This document shows positions 25,901 through 37,600 of a stretch of DNA of 41,955 bases, one piece after another. The notes beneath the pieces were generated by a model that did no database searches, was not told the DNA's origin, and saw only the letters and a list, made by a program, of their open reading frames with translations. Source of the DNA: Spizellomyces punctatus DAOM BR117 (taxonomy: Eukaryota); assembly GCA_000182565.2 (NCBI GenBank), contig KQ257461.1; one strand, written 5' to 3'. Within the stretch, counting starts at the first letter, position 1, and every line of letters begins with the position of its first letter. Position numbers and translations under genes: made by a program.

Positions 25901-27526
25901 GTTTATCGGTTGGAAGAAGAAAAAGAGCAGCAAAAGCGGGAAGAACGGGAACGACGACGTACTGAACGTCGAAAACAAGGGATTAATGTCAAGCCTGCCA
26001 CAGTTGCCCGCGAAATTGACCAAAAATTCCGGGAAGGTTCTGGACATCGTCGACAATCCTCCACGTCTTCCAACCCATACCCTCCATCTCCCACCACCAC
26101 CACTTACAGCGAGATATCTGATTCCGATGACGGATGCAGTAGTGCAAACGAACCCCCCGAACCCTCTGTAGAATGTGTGGTCTACTTTTGGCAAGGACGT
26201 CTCGCGAGTCGATTAGCCTACTCTACCTTTATTTTCAAAACCCAGCAAGAAATGGAGGACCTTGTGCAAGACATGTATGGATGTTCTGTCCGGGTTGTGC
26301 ATTTGGAGCAAGGGAAGGAACCGATTGCGTTATTGGCTCATTTGGATAATTCCATGGTGGTGCATCGGGGGAGTCGAGCTAGATTTGGAAAACAAGATCG
26401 AATGGTGGAAAGTGGTTGGAAACGTTCGAAAATGTATCATATTCGAACGGATGCGCGGTATCGGACGACACGAGCCGTGGAGGTTCTACCACGGACGTCG
26501 AGTATGGTTTCTAGAGATTGTTTTTATATTTATTCGCTTGTGAAGGGTGTTTCGAGTTTTTTGTGGCGGGGAAAAGGGGTGAGTAAAGAAGAGATTCGGA
26601 AAGCGGAAGGAATTGTCGAAAAGATTTTGCAACTCCATGGTGTCGTTTATGAAGCTTCTACCACTTGTCGTCCCGCTCCTCAAGGTCTTGAACCCTCTGG
26701 TTTTTTCAATCTCATTGAACCCCCTCATGGTCCTGTTCCATCTGGTACGGAATACTATTACGTTCCACCCCCCCGATTTCTCCGGTGTTCATGTACACAA
26801 GGATACTTTTCCATTGAAGAAATCACGCACTGGTCTCAAGTTGACTTGCACAGTGACACTTGCGTCATTCTTGATCCGGGTGCACCACGAAAATTGTGGG
26901 TGTGGGTCGGAAGTGGTACGAGTGACGTTGTCAAAAAGTTGTGTCGAAAGAGTGTTGAGGTTTGGTTGGAGCGATTGGACGATGGGAGGGTTTGTGGGTC
27001 TATTCCTGGAATATTTGGACCACCACCTCAACAAGAGGAATCAGAGGATTGGAAACACCGATCCACGCAATCGTTGTTTTCTAGTATGGAATCCCTAGCT
27101 TCTCCCACCCTTTCACGAACCCGTGCCCAGAAAGCCGCTCGAAAAGCCATTACGGCTGCATTTAAACGGGATCGAACGGTGGATGATGGGGATGTTGTGT
27201 GGGTTTTGGAAGGAGGTGAGATGGAGGAGTTTACGAGTTATTTTTGTGGGTGGGATGAGAGGTCTGTGAGGGGTGTTGGGGAGATTGGGAATGTGTTTCG
27301 GAATAATAGGCGGCCAAGGGGGGGTGGGAGTGATGCGCGGCAGCACGGGCGGACTGCTGATAATCGATCTGGAGGTGATGGTCGATCTGGAGGTGATGCT
27401 CGGTCTCCTGAGGGAGGTGACGGCGGTGAGCGAGTCGAGGTAGAACGAGGAGGTACAAGAGATGGGAATGGGAAAAAGAAGGGACGAGAAGACATGTTGA
27501 ATAGGAGAGTTACGGTGCACATGTAA
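22943..27526 (+). CDS. FLII: Flightless-I-like gelsolin-repeat protein with N-terminal coiled coil, no full LRR domain; exons approx. 22943-23473, 23554-23600, 23676-24882, 24953-25453, 25519-27526
   Basis: AEFYGADFS linker, KKWTEAMRERVPVLDYSDVFPEDVG, GSFCVADCYIIL, WIGSEAEVDKRFCAAM, VFLLDWGLEIFQWNG, CVVYFWQGRLAS, RFLRCSCTQGYFSIEE. These follow the remembered FLII motifs in order. The 5' junctions (23474-23675) are tentative. Confidence 0.82.
27365..27400 (+). repeat. 18-nt tandem duplication in the FLII C-terminal tail (RSGGDG/RSGGDA)
   Basis: cgatctggaggtgatggt followed by cgatctggaggtgatgct. Confidence 0.85.
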
Positions 27527-28043
27527 AACTATTTGTGAAATGGGCAAAACACTAGAACACACACCCAACAACAGACGTTGTCTTTTTTTTTTATTTTATT
27601 TTGTTTATTTTTGATGAAGAGTTTTTGGTTTTTACGTTCTCTCCAACCTATACAAAATGTAGGGAAAACAGTTGTGTGTTTTTTGGTCCTCGGCTTATTA
27701 TCCATGTGTGTTGTGCTGCCCTTACGTTGAGGATATTCGGAATGAAAAGGTTTAATATACTAAAATCATGACACTACATATTCGTCAATGCAATATTTAT
27801 CAAAAATACACAGAAATCACAATAAATGATTTTCACATCATGGATGTACGTATGGAATAGAGGGGGACTACCTGTCTGTCAGTATCTTGAATCTTGGAAG
27901 AGCAACTATATAAGAGTGTCTGTTTATGATCATACATAAAAAGAATTATATATATTTCATAAATCACAAAAAAGATATACAAACACACCATCACACCGCA
28001 ACAGCACGACAATACAATATACATGTATATATGTACAATCCAT

Positions 28044-31000
28044 TTACTCATCCACATCTTTATCAAGCGGATCTTCACTTTCACTGATCGGTTGAACTTG
28101 GAGGAGCAACAAGTTTTTATCAGGGGTAGACGTCCTCGAACGCGAGGGAGACGAAACAGGACTCGTTCGTTCAGACAAATCCACATCTCTAGTAGACTCC
28201 ACCAACCCAGACTCTACGGTATCTCGATCATCCAAAACATGATGTTCGACAACACTGGATCCAAATTTCAATGCCAAGAGTTTAGCTGCCCAAGACCGGA
28301 ACCGATCCGCCAACCATCGTGGAATGGCAAATGTATAGGAATCGCCTTGGGTGGTAAACAACATGCATTCATTTAACCGGTGTTCGGCCACATTGTTGAT
28401 TAAAAAGTTTCGGACGTGGTGTTTTAGTTCGATGCGGGTGGGTTTTGGGAGGGTTGTGTAGGTTGGCATGATGGATTTTAGCATGCTTTTTTCGTACAAG
28501 GATGTTGGATGAGATAATGGGAGAGGAGGAAGAATGGGGGAGGACGGGGGGGACTTACTGGTTGTAACGAATCGGTTTTGGATCGTAGTCGGTGGTAGAG
28601 GTTGGGTTGGCCGGAAGAGTCGTACGACGGGCGGCTTCGTCGTCTGCGTCGTTCTCGTCAGAGTCGCTTGGGGTTGCTTCGTCGTCGTCGTCGTCGTCGC
28701 CATCGTCATCGCCGTCGTCGCCGTCGCCGTCGTCGTCTTGATCATTGTCGGCTGTGTCTTGGGTGAATGGGTTCTTGGTGGTGGCTTTGGGGGATGCGAC
28801 TTCTTCTTCTTCTTCTTCTTCTTCTTCGGCTTCCCAGCTCGCATGACGAATGTGGGTGGTGGGTCGATGAGGGTGGTGGTGGTGGTGGGAGTGTTGGTAA
28901 TGGGGGTGATGGCTTGGATGGTTTCGGTGAGTATTGTTGTTGTGGTTGTTGTGGTTGTTGTGGTTGTTCTGGTGGTGGTGGACCGGAGCATGTGGGTGAG
29001 GAGGGTGGAGAGAACGAGGGGATTTGGGTGAAGCTGGGATGGCAAGGGACGACGACGATGCCGACGAGGAGGCATGGGACGGAACGTTGGGTAACAAGGT
29101 AATATCCCCGTTACGAGGTCCTCGACTTGGCGGCAGTGGCGGCGGTGGAGCATTGTTTTTGAGCGTAATTTTGCGTACACCAGAAGGGTGAGGGCTCTTT
29201 TCAATATTGTCATTGTCATTGTTGTCGTCCTCATTGACGGAGATGACTTCGTGGTGATGTTTTGCCTCTAGATGGGGTTGAGGGCTCGAGATCCTGCTGC
29301 TCGAGCTAGGAAAGCTATCAAAATCCGTCTTCATCTTTTCTTCAAACCATTTCCAAAAGGCTTCTTCGACAATATCGGGCACGCCATAGGTTTTGCGGCC
29401 TTTGCCTACGCTTGCTAGACATCCATCCACGGTTACGCCATAGGCGGGCATGACCGTCTCCAAAAACACGCGAACTCCTGTCCGGATGCGATTCCACAAG
29501 GGCTTGGAGGCGGCTTCCAAGTAGGCCGGGTAGCGCTTTCGAATGAGTTCAGTCCAAACCGTTAATGGAGTCGTTTGAGGTCCTGTGGGAGACGTGTATG
29601 CAAGGACGTTGACGGGAGAATTGCTCGGGGCTTGGGGGGCCGTTGGACCGGATGCACTGCCAGAGTTGCCGCGTGACAAAAGAGGGGAACCTAGAGGAGA
29701 GGCGCTTGCCGAGTGGGTATGACGTTGCATGACTCGTTCAGCGGGCCCACCACTGAATCCATCGCCGCCATTGTCTCCTGCTGGTAGTGCTGGATCTGGA
29801 TGTGGTGCTGGTGGTGGCATCTCGTTGCGCCTGTCGGCACGCTTGTCAAGCGGTCGGTCACTGTCGCGTGGTGGTGGTTTCAGCATCCTTTTGCTCGGGA
29901 CATGGACCTCAGACTCATCCCGTTGACCGGCCTCGGCGGCTTGCTGCTGCTGCTGTTGCTGCTGCTGTTGCTTTTCCTTTCTCATGTACGCCATGTAGGG
30001 AAAATTTTCTTCAAACTTTTCCAGGTACTCGTCCCAGTACCGCTGAGGAATGGCCCAGGCCATCTTGTTTGTGTTGAGCGCCGGGTATCTTTGATCTGGA
30101 ATGCCACGCGACTTTAGAAAGGACTTTGTAAAAATACTCATTTGCGGGACATTGGCGTTGAAGCTGGGATAGCGGGTTCGGACAAGATCCGTCCAGGCCA
30201 TCAAGTCCCTCGGATAGCGAGGACCGAGAATGACTGGGCCCGAGGATGTGGGAGTGAGCATGGTTTTTGCTCGCTTGGAATCCGCGTCAGTAGACGAGAC
30301 GGGACTTGTTGCGCTTGCTGTCGTCCAGGGCGCTGAAGCTCCCAGCGAGCTCCGCTTGCGTTTTCCACCCGACGACGTCGACGACGAAGAAGAGAGGAGG
30401 CCGGATTCGATTTGTTGACCGAACCAGTCTGCAAAATCCGCGTGGAGTTCACTGGGGATGGCATCGACGAGACTTGTTGATCTGCCCAGTCCACGAACTT
30501 TGCTTTCTGCAGCGCGCTCTGGACCTAGTTTGTTGACGAGATAGTCTTTGACAGCCGACTCTATCTGAGTGCGCTGAGCAGGTCTGAGCTGAGAGAGGGA
30601 ACCGGGAAAGAGCTTGCGCAGGACCGACGTCCAGGCGACACCGGGCGATGCATTCAATGGATCCATGTCTTCTGGTTCTGGATCTGGTGTGCGCGAGGGA
30701 CGGTTGTCGGGTCCTTCTGAGGCGACCGACAAGGGCTTGTTGGGCATTGCGACTAGATCGACGGGCGGGAGTTGATGCGGCATGGCGGGTACGTAGCCTC
30801 CTTTTCCTCGTCCGTCCAAGGGAGAATTCATGGTAGGCCCGTGTGACATGTTTTTTGACGGATACCATCCTATGAATTAGAAAATGAATAAATGAATTGT
30901 TGGAGAGAATGGCCATAACTAAAATCTATTTTACCAGAGTGGGGAGGATCCATGGCCATGCCGACGGCAGAGGCGGCGGCGGGTGGAGCGGGTTGGGACG

Positions 31001-31637
31001 TGGGAATCAAGGGGCGATGCATATCCAATGCATGTTGATCGGCCGCAACCTTTTCCAATTGAGCGATTCTCTCTTCCAGACGACGATTCAAGTCGATCAG
31101 CCTCTTGTTTTCATCCTGGAGCGGGGCAACCACGTCCCTCTCGATCCTGCGCAGTTCACTGTCTCGCTCACGAATGATGGCATCCCGTTCCCGAATGATA
31201 AAGTCCCGTTCCGATATTTCCCGAGCAGCGACGAGCCTCTCTTCGAGGGCGCGAATGTACTTTTCCTGATACGTCTCTGAGGAAGAGAGATGATGGACGG
31301 GCGGAGGTATGGATACGGAAGGGGGAAGACTGTTGTTATTATTATTATTTTTAGGATTGGGAGTGGAAGGCGACAAGGATTGAGGAGGAGGAGGATGAAC
31401 CAGATGATGGAGGTGATGATGATGAAAGGGATCTTGAAGAAGAGGGGCAGGGGACGTTGCGTATGAGTGATGATGAGAAGGCTGTTTCCCTTGTTGTTGA
31501 TAATGTTGTTGTTGTTGTTGTTGTTGAGATGAACCCGATGGATTAGAAGGTAATGGCATGGGAGGAGGAGGCGGCGGTGGAGGCTGCTGTTGCTGTGGTT
31601 GCTGTTGGCCATACGCAGGATTATGATGCGAATACAT
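28044..31637 (-). CDS. Uncharacterised 1151-aa putative nuclear protein: Q/P/H-rich N-terminus, coiled coil, four copies of an unrecognised ~70-80-aa domain, acidic tract; exons 31637-30935, 30869-28559, 28485-28044
   Basis: Introns 30934-30870 (GTAAAA..CATAG) and 28558-28486 (GTAAGT..AAAG) join three ORF-track frames in phase (3456 nt). A KRKR NLS-like motif is present. Confidence 0.8.
28680..28980. repeat. Coding trinucleotide low-complexity tract ((GTC)n, (TTC)n, (GGT)n, (GTT)n on + strand) encoding poly-D/E/H/N
   Basis: Directly visible, e.g. (TTC)9 at 28801-28827. Confidence 0.85.
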
Positions 31638-31697
31638 TTGGGGGATCGTCTTATACGAAAGAGGGAGAGCGAAAGGCAAGCAAGAGAAAGAGAGCGA

Positions 31698-31718
31698 TGA
31701 GAGAGAGAGAGAGAGAGA
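31698..31718. repeat. (GA)n microsatellite; further GA/CT runs near 31922, 31956, 32013-32100 and 32595-32612
   Basis: Directly visible runs. Confidence 0.9.
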
Positions 31719-32316
31719 AAGCGATGAGAGAAACAAGCAAGAAAGAAATACAAAATGTAAAAAGAAATGGATAAACTATAATCATAAAAAAAAAAGAGAA
31801 AATAAAAATAAATAAAAAAGCGCGTGCAAAAAGAAGAAGAGAAATAATAATGTTACTGCATGTAACCATTAGCAACAGATAGATATTGATTTTCATATGT
31901 CATATTTGTACATGGTGTGATTGAGAGAGAGAGATGGGAATAAAATGGGTTCATTAGAGAGAGAGAGAGACTATGCAAGTGTTTGTTATGGGTTATTATT
32001 CTCTCTTTGATTCTCTCTCTCTCATTTCTTATTACTCTCTTTCAATCACTCTCTTCTCTCAATCACACGTAAATTCCCCTCTCTCTCTCCTTCTCTCTCT
32101 CATCAAAATTATTTTTCCCTTTTTGGATTTATCTAAATTCCCCCCATACTATTCTCTCTCTCACCCACACTCTCGGGTTTGTTTGCAAAGCCGCTCGCAT
32201 AAACGGATAAAGTTGATCATCTGCATTTACGCGATAAAAATCTATTCTTTGTGACACGTGCATTCATAGTCACGTGTGTATGTACATTTGACATTGCTAT
32301 TTCTTTCTTATAGATG

Positions 32317-32357
32317 CACACACACACACACACACACACAGGAGGGGGGGGGGGGGG
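32317..32357. repeat. (CA)n microsatellite followed by a poly-G run
   Basis: cacacacacacacacacacacaca ggaggggggggggggg. Confidence 0.9.
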
Positions 32358-33135
32358 ATCCCACGCCCCATGGGAGTTATGCTGATGCAGACAATTGTGC
32401 ACAAGGGGATTTCTATGCAGACGTATGCACACAAGGGTTTAGAACCACAAGAATATAAAAATTATTGGTATTCCATGTGATGGATTACATAAAGAGGGAT
32501 AACAGAGTGGGGAATAGATGAGTAAGCGTTCTAGAGTAGCAATTGAGTAAATGGGGAATAGTTTGGAAAGAAACAACCAAGGTGTGTGAAAGAGGGAGAG
32601 AGAGAGAGAGAGCGAGAAATCACGTGTTTAACTTGTAAATGTCTGAATGCTGGTAACTAGTGAGAATGCGTGGCGACAAACTTGACAATAGACACATTGT
32701 ATTGTTACTTTCTATGGAAGCACTTGTCTCTATATTCTATATTTTGCATTTATACCCGTACATAATTGCACCATATCTTTTACACTTGCAGTCCTTTACG
32801 CATGCCGTGTATATAGATGCATTGCATTACTGTGCATAACTTTTGTCGTAGCACATCTCTCACCCACCCGCATACAGTCACGTGCTCGGTCATGTGCTTT
32901 GGAGGTCATTCTACAAGTCATTCGCTTGTTTGAACGCGTCTCGTGTTCCGCCCGCATTTTATTTCCTAACCCCCCCCTCTCTCGTTCTCTCGCTCTCGTT
33001 TTCTTTTTTTTTTTTCTCACACGCTCATCATCCTTGTCTTTCTTTTTTTTGACTGCACACACTCTTTACGTGCCTTTCACACACACAACACACACACACG
33101 GACACATACGAACTCTTGTACACGAGAAGAGCAAA

Positions 33136-34155
33136 ATGGCTGAAACGAGTTCGACAAAGGGCCGCAAGGCCTCTGCGCGCAAGGCCGCCGTTCACCCCAC
33201 ATTCAAGGAAATGGTGGTTCAGGCCATTATCAACTTGGTAACGTTCTTTTATTGTTCTCTCTTGGCATTGCGTCTCGCGGTCGTGATGGGCAGGGGATGC
33301 AAGACGATCTCGTTCCATCTCTGCGCAATTGTCGCGTCCGCACTCGCTCTCGCGCGCATCCTGCAGACACGCCCATTCTGAATCTTCTACTTTATTTCTT
33401 CCCACGGTCTTTTTACGTGAATAGAAGGAACGCTCTGGCTCGTCGCGTCCTCAAATCAAAAAGTACATTCATGCCAACTACAAGGTGAGTTCGGTGACCA
33501 TCCAAAGAATCAGTAGGGATCGCGGTCTCTTGTCGCGTAGATTGGCGGGCTCTTTGACGCGCGTACTCTTTCCGCTCTGCGTTTCTGGCCCGCGTGCGAT
33601 ACCCGATCTCACCCTTCCGTATCGTATCCATTTGTTTAGGGCTTGAACGAGAGATCCGATCTCAACATCAACGCAGCCATCAAAAAGGGTGTGGAAGACG
33701 GCGTCTTTATTCAACCAAAGGGCCCCTCGGGTCCCGTCAAGCTCAACAAGGCACCCAAAGGCACCGACGAAACCCACAAGCCCGAAAAAAAAGTGGTCAA
33801 GAAACCCCCCTCTAAACCCGCTGCCAAAAAGGCTGCCGCTGCCGTCGCCAAAGCCAAAAAGAGTGCGGCCAAGCCTGCTGCTGCTGCTGCTGCTGCGAAA
33901 AAGACGGTCGCTCCTGCCAAAAAGGCTGCCACCAAGGCGACCGCGACCAAGGCTACCACCAAGGCGACCACCAAAGCGACCAAGGCTGCTCCCAAGGCGA
34001 GCAAGGCAAAGACGGAACCTGCCAAAACGGCCCCCATGAAAAAAGCAGCTGCGCCCAAAAAGGCCAAGGCGGCGGCTACCAAAGCAGCTCCTAAAAAAGC
34101 TGCGACTTCTGGCACGACGAGCACCCGTGCTTCCCGTGCAGCCAAGCGAACCTAA
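33136..34155 (+). CDS. Linker histone H1; exons 33136-33237, 33425-33484, 33640-34155
   Basis: HPTFKEMVVQAIINL|KERSGSSRPQIKKYIHANYK|GLNERSDLNINAAIKKGVEDGVFIQPKGPSGPVKL globular H15 domain, followed by a K/A/T/P-rich tail. Confidence 0.96.
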
Positions 34156-34684
34156 CGAAAAGAAAAAAAAAACATTGGAGGTTCCCGCCCCTTTTTTATT
34201 TATTTTTTTCTTGGTTCTTTTCCCCGCTCCTCCCATTGTTTTTGTTTTGTGAGTAGTGCTCCGAGTTTTTTGTTTGACAAAAACCTCTAGTCTACTGGCG
34301 TCTTGAGACGCCCGCCGCCCGTCGCCCTTTCTTTATACGCAAGCACAAAAAAGAAGGGAAAATGTGTACATATGAACGAAAAAAAAAAAAAAAGAGCTTG
34401 GTTTGCTGGGAGTGTTTTGCAAAAAAGCAAGAAAGAAACGATTTGTTTGTCTTTTGGCATTCGTCTTGTACAGAAATAATAATAAAAGTTGTAAAATAAT
34501 TCTCGCATGGTCTTTTAAGAATGGGACATGCCTGTTCCCCCAACGACATATACTCGGGTCTTTTGAAACCTTCAAAAAAACTCCACAAGTCTATATGTAT
34601 ACATTTATATATAAAATACAAAAGAGACCAAGTCCGTCATCTCAACCCCAAAATCTCTAGAGTAAAATTTCCATTTTTTTTTTT

Positions 34685-37600
34685 TCAAAACCCAATAACA
34701 GCATCCACCAACTCACAAGCCAACCCAGCATGCTTCAACTTTTTCGTCCGACTCGCAACAGAATGGGAAAACGTACCCGCCTCCATTAACCCCCTAAACC
34801 CCACTTCCACCAACCGACTTGACAGCGGATCATTCACATCATTCAATTGCGGGATCGGTGGTGGTGGTGGTGCTTGTATTGTTGATGATGATGGTGCTGA
34901 TGGGGATGTTGGAGTTGGTGGGGCGCTTCGACGGTGGTGAGGGGGTGTACCGGGAAACGTGGGTGAAACAGTCGGTGTGGTTGTTGATATTGTTGTATTA
35001 TTATTAATGTTGGTGGTGCGGATGAGGATGAGTGTGCGGAGGATACGGTGGATGGCGTCGAGGATGACGAGGTTTTGGCTGGTGGCGAGGATGGTGTTCA
35101 TGCGGGGTAAGAGTCCCTCTGATCTGTAAACATATACAACAGAGAGAATTAACACAAAAAGGTTTTGCACAATGATGATTCAAAAAACAAATCGCCATAC
35201 TCACATTAATCCAAACACATCAGGAACAACCTCAGCAGCCTCCGCCAAACACTCATAAATCATTGACAACTCCCCATCCGATTCAGCCGTCTCCAACATG
35301 GTCGACATCATCCCCACCATCAAAACCGACACTTTGACATTTGCCATCCCAACTTGCTCAAACATGTTCCGATAACGTGGTTTACCCTTTTCTTGCTGTT
35401 GGTGGTCGACATCGGAAGTAGTATCAAATCCAGCTGCCATCCAAAGCTCCAAAGGCCGATCCGCAAATGGGAGGATAGGTAAAATGTATCCAACGCGGTT
35501 CAAAGAAACATCGGCTTGACTCGCTTGTAACAGAGTTTGCAATGCACCCGCCGTCGCAGTTTTGGTCATGGGATGTTTGACCCCTTTCAATACATTAGCG
35601 GCAATCGCAAACGGGAATGTATCCACCTTGAAAAGAATCCCCATAGAAGCATCCAACCGATCCAAAACATGTTCAAGGCCTTGTCGAGCTCGCATCAATG
35701 AAATAGATACACCTTCTTCCTCAAAACATTTCAGTTTATCCAATGTTTTGATCGTCACGACTGCCAGTCCCAGGGCGGCGTGAAAGACGGGCACATGGCC
35801 AATCTGCATTAACGACACCGATAACCAAAACATGGAACGGAGGTACCGAGACTCGGCAGAGAGACCCCCAACGATATTACACAAGGACATGACGATGCTC
35901 ACAATGAGTTGACAGTCGTTTTCTTCAAATAGTGTCAATGCTCCGCGGAGAGCCACCAGGATTTGGTACAAGAGGTCATCGTCGACTTCGTCACGAGCGA
36001 GACAGCCAAGAACAATAAAGGCTCGGGGTTGGATGGCTGGATTGTATTGAAAGGCGGTACTGGCTACCAACGACATCCATCGCGCTTTCCAAATCGCAGA
36101 TTGCTCTGGTAACCCAAACCAAAATCATCAATAATTGACCCGAATAAAAACAACATCCAACAAAATAAAAAACAAACCTGCAACACTCGTCCCAACCGTC
36201 ATAACATCCAACATACATTTCACAACCATTTCCAACCCACTCAACGGAACATCTCTCGCCACTTCTCCCACCCCAGCCTCCCCATGCACACCAAACGGCA
36301 ACGACAATTTCGGATCCGCTAACTCACTCATCAACTCTCTCAACCCATTCCGTCCATCCGTATCCAATCGCCCTGATGTTCCCAAAGCGTGCACAGCGTT
36401 CATGACGATCCCATGGACACTGTTTCGAACCAATGGGGATCCAATCCCAACCACCATGGAAACAATGTAAAATAACTCTGGCAAGACGTGGTCGATGTTG
36501 TTCCAGTCGTTAAAGGACATGACGAGGACGAGGCGGATGAGGACGGCAATTTCCGTCCACGCTGCGTGATCAACCAATGTCGAACAACATCGATAGGATG
36601 TAGATGCGATTGCCCGACGTAATCGGGAAATGACTTTACCGGATACGGGGTACACTCCTGATGACGCCAAGGTGTGCACCGTGTTGGCAAGCTCTTCAAT
36701 ATCAGAAGGTCGTGCCGCGCTGTCCACTGCAACCTGTAAAAGGAGGTCAACAACCGTAGGGACAAGAGACTCAACTTGAGCAATCGTCGCCCATATCTGT
36801 GACTGAAAAAGATTGGACAACTACACAAAGCACAATAGAGTTACTATGTTTTAGCATTCACACACAACAAAAAAGAAGCAAGCACACATTACCTCTTGCT
36901 CCTTGACAGTCACCCCCAACAACGCCTCCAAAATCTTTATCAATTTCCCATCCACTCTAGCCCCATCCTCCAAATAAACCGCCAAATTCGGTAACCACGG
37001 ACCCAAATACTGAATCGTAAACCGCTTTAACCGAACAGGACTCGCAGCGAGTCCAAAGGCGGCTTCGCTCAAAAATCCTAGTGTGAGTTCGGGATGCGAC
37101 TTTGCGAGCCGTTTACTAATGTCCAGTACAAATGACTCTATACTTGAGGGTATAAATGCACCTAACCAATAACAAACAAAAAAATTCAGCATTTGTCAGT
37201 GGACAACAAAAAAAAAAGGCATGACCCCCACCTTTTCCAGATAAAACCCGCTCACCCCCACTCGTCCCCACACTCACAGAAACCCCAAACTCGCCACAAA
37301 TAGCACACAAAAGCTCATAAGCGGCCCTCCGAACACCCACATCCTCACTCCCAAAATTCGTAAAAGCCGCATTCAACAAGGCCCCAACGGTCGTATCCGG
37401 TTGTAACCGATCCCGCTGTTGCAATGCCATAGTCCCATTCACGGAATTCAAGGAACTGTTGCTTGACCTCCCGAGTCGGAATCGACTCAACATGGTCTGC
37501 ACCGTCTGGATAATAACCTCGGCTTTGGGTGACATGAATGTAATGCTCACGGTCGTACCTCGTGTCGGACCACTTCGTTCAAAGACTTTGAGAACACACT

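Larger units (their letters stand above)
31638..33135. promoter_or_regulatory. Divergent promoter region between the four-repeat gene and histone H1
   Basis: Lies between two head-to-head ATGs. CACGTG at 32255, 32271, 32621 and 32879; ACGCGT at 32934; GA/CA repeats. Confidence 0.55.

Noticed and set aside
28044-29234. Overlapping 396-aa and 764-aa ORFs suggesting dual coding or frameshifting
   Set aside because: Explained by the intron at 28558-28486. The overlap is stop-free low-complexity sequence.
33478-34236. Long antisense ORFs over histone H1, and similar ones over ENA and NF1
   Set aside because: Shadow frames caused by biased codon and amino-acid composition.
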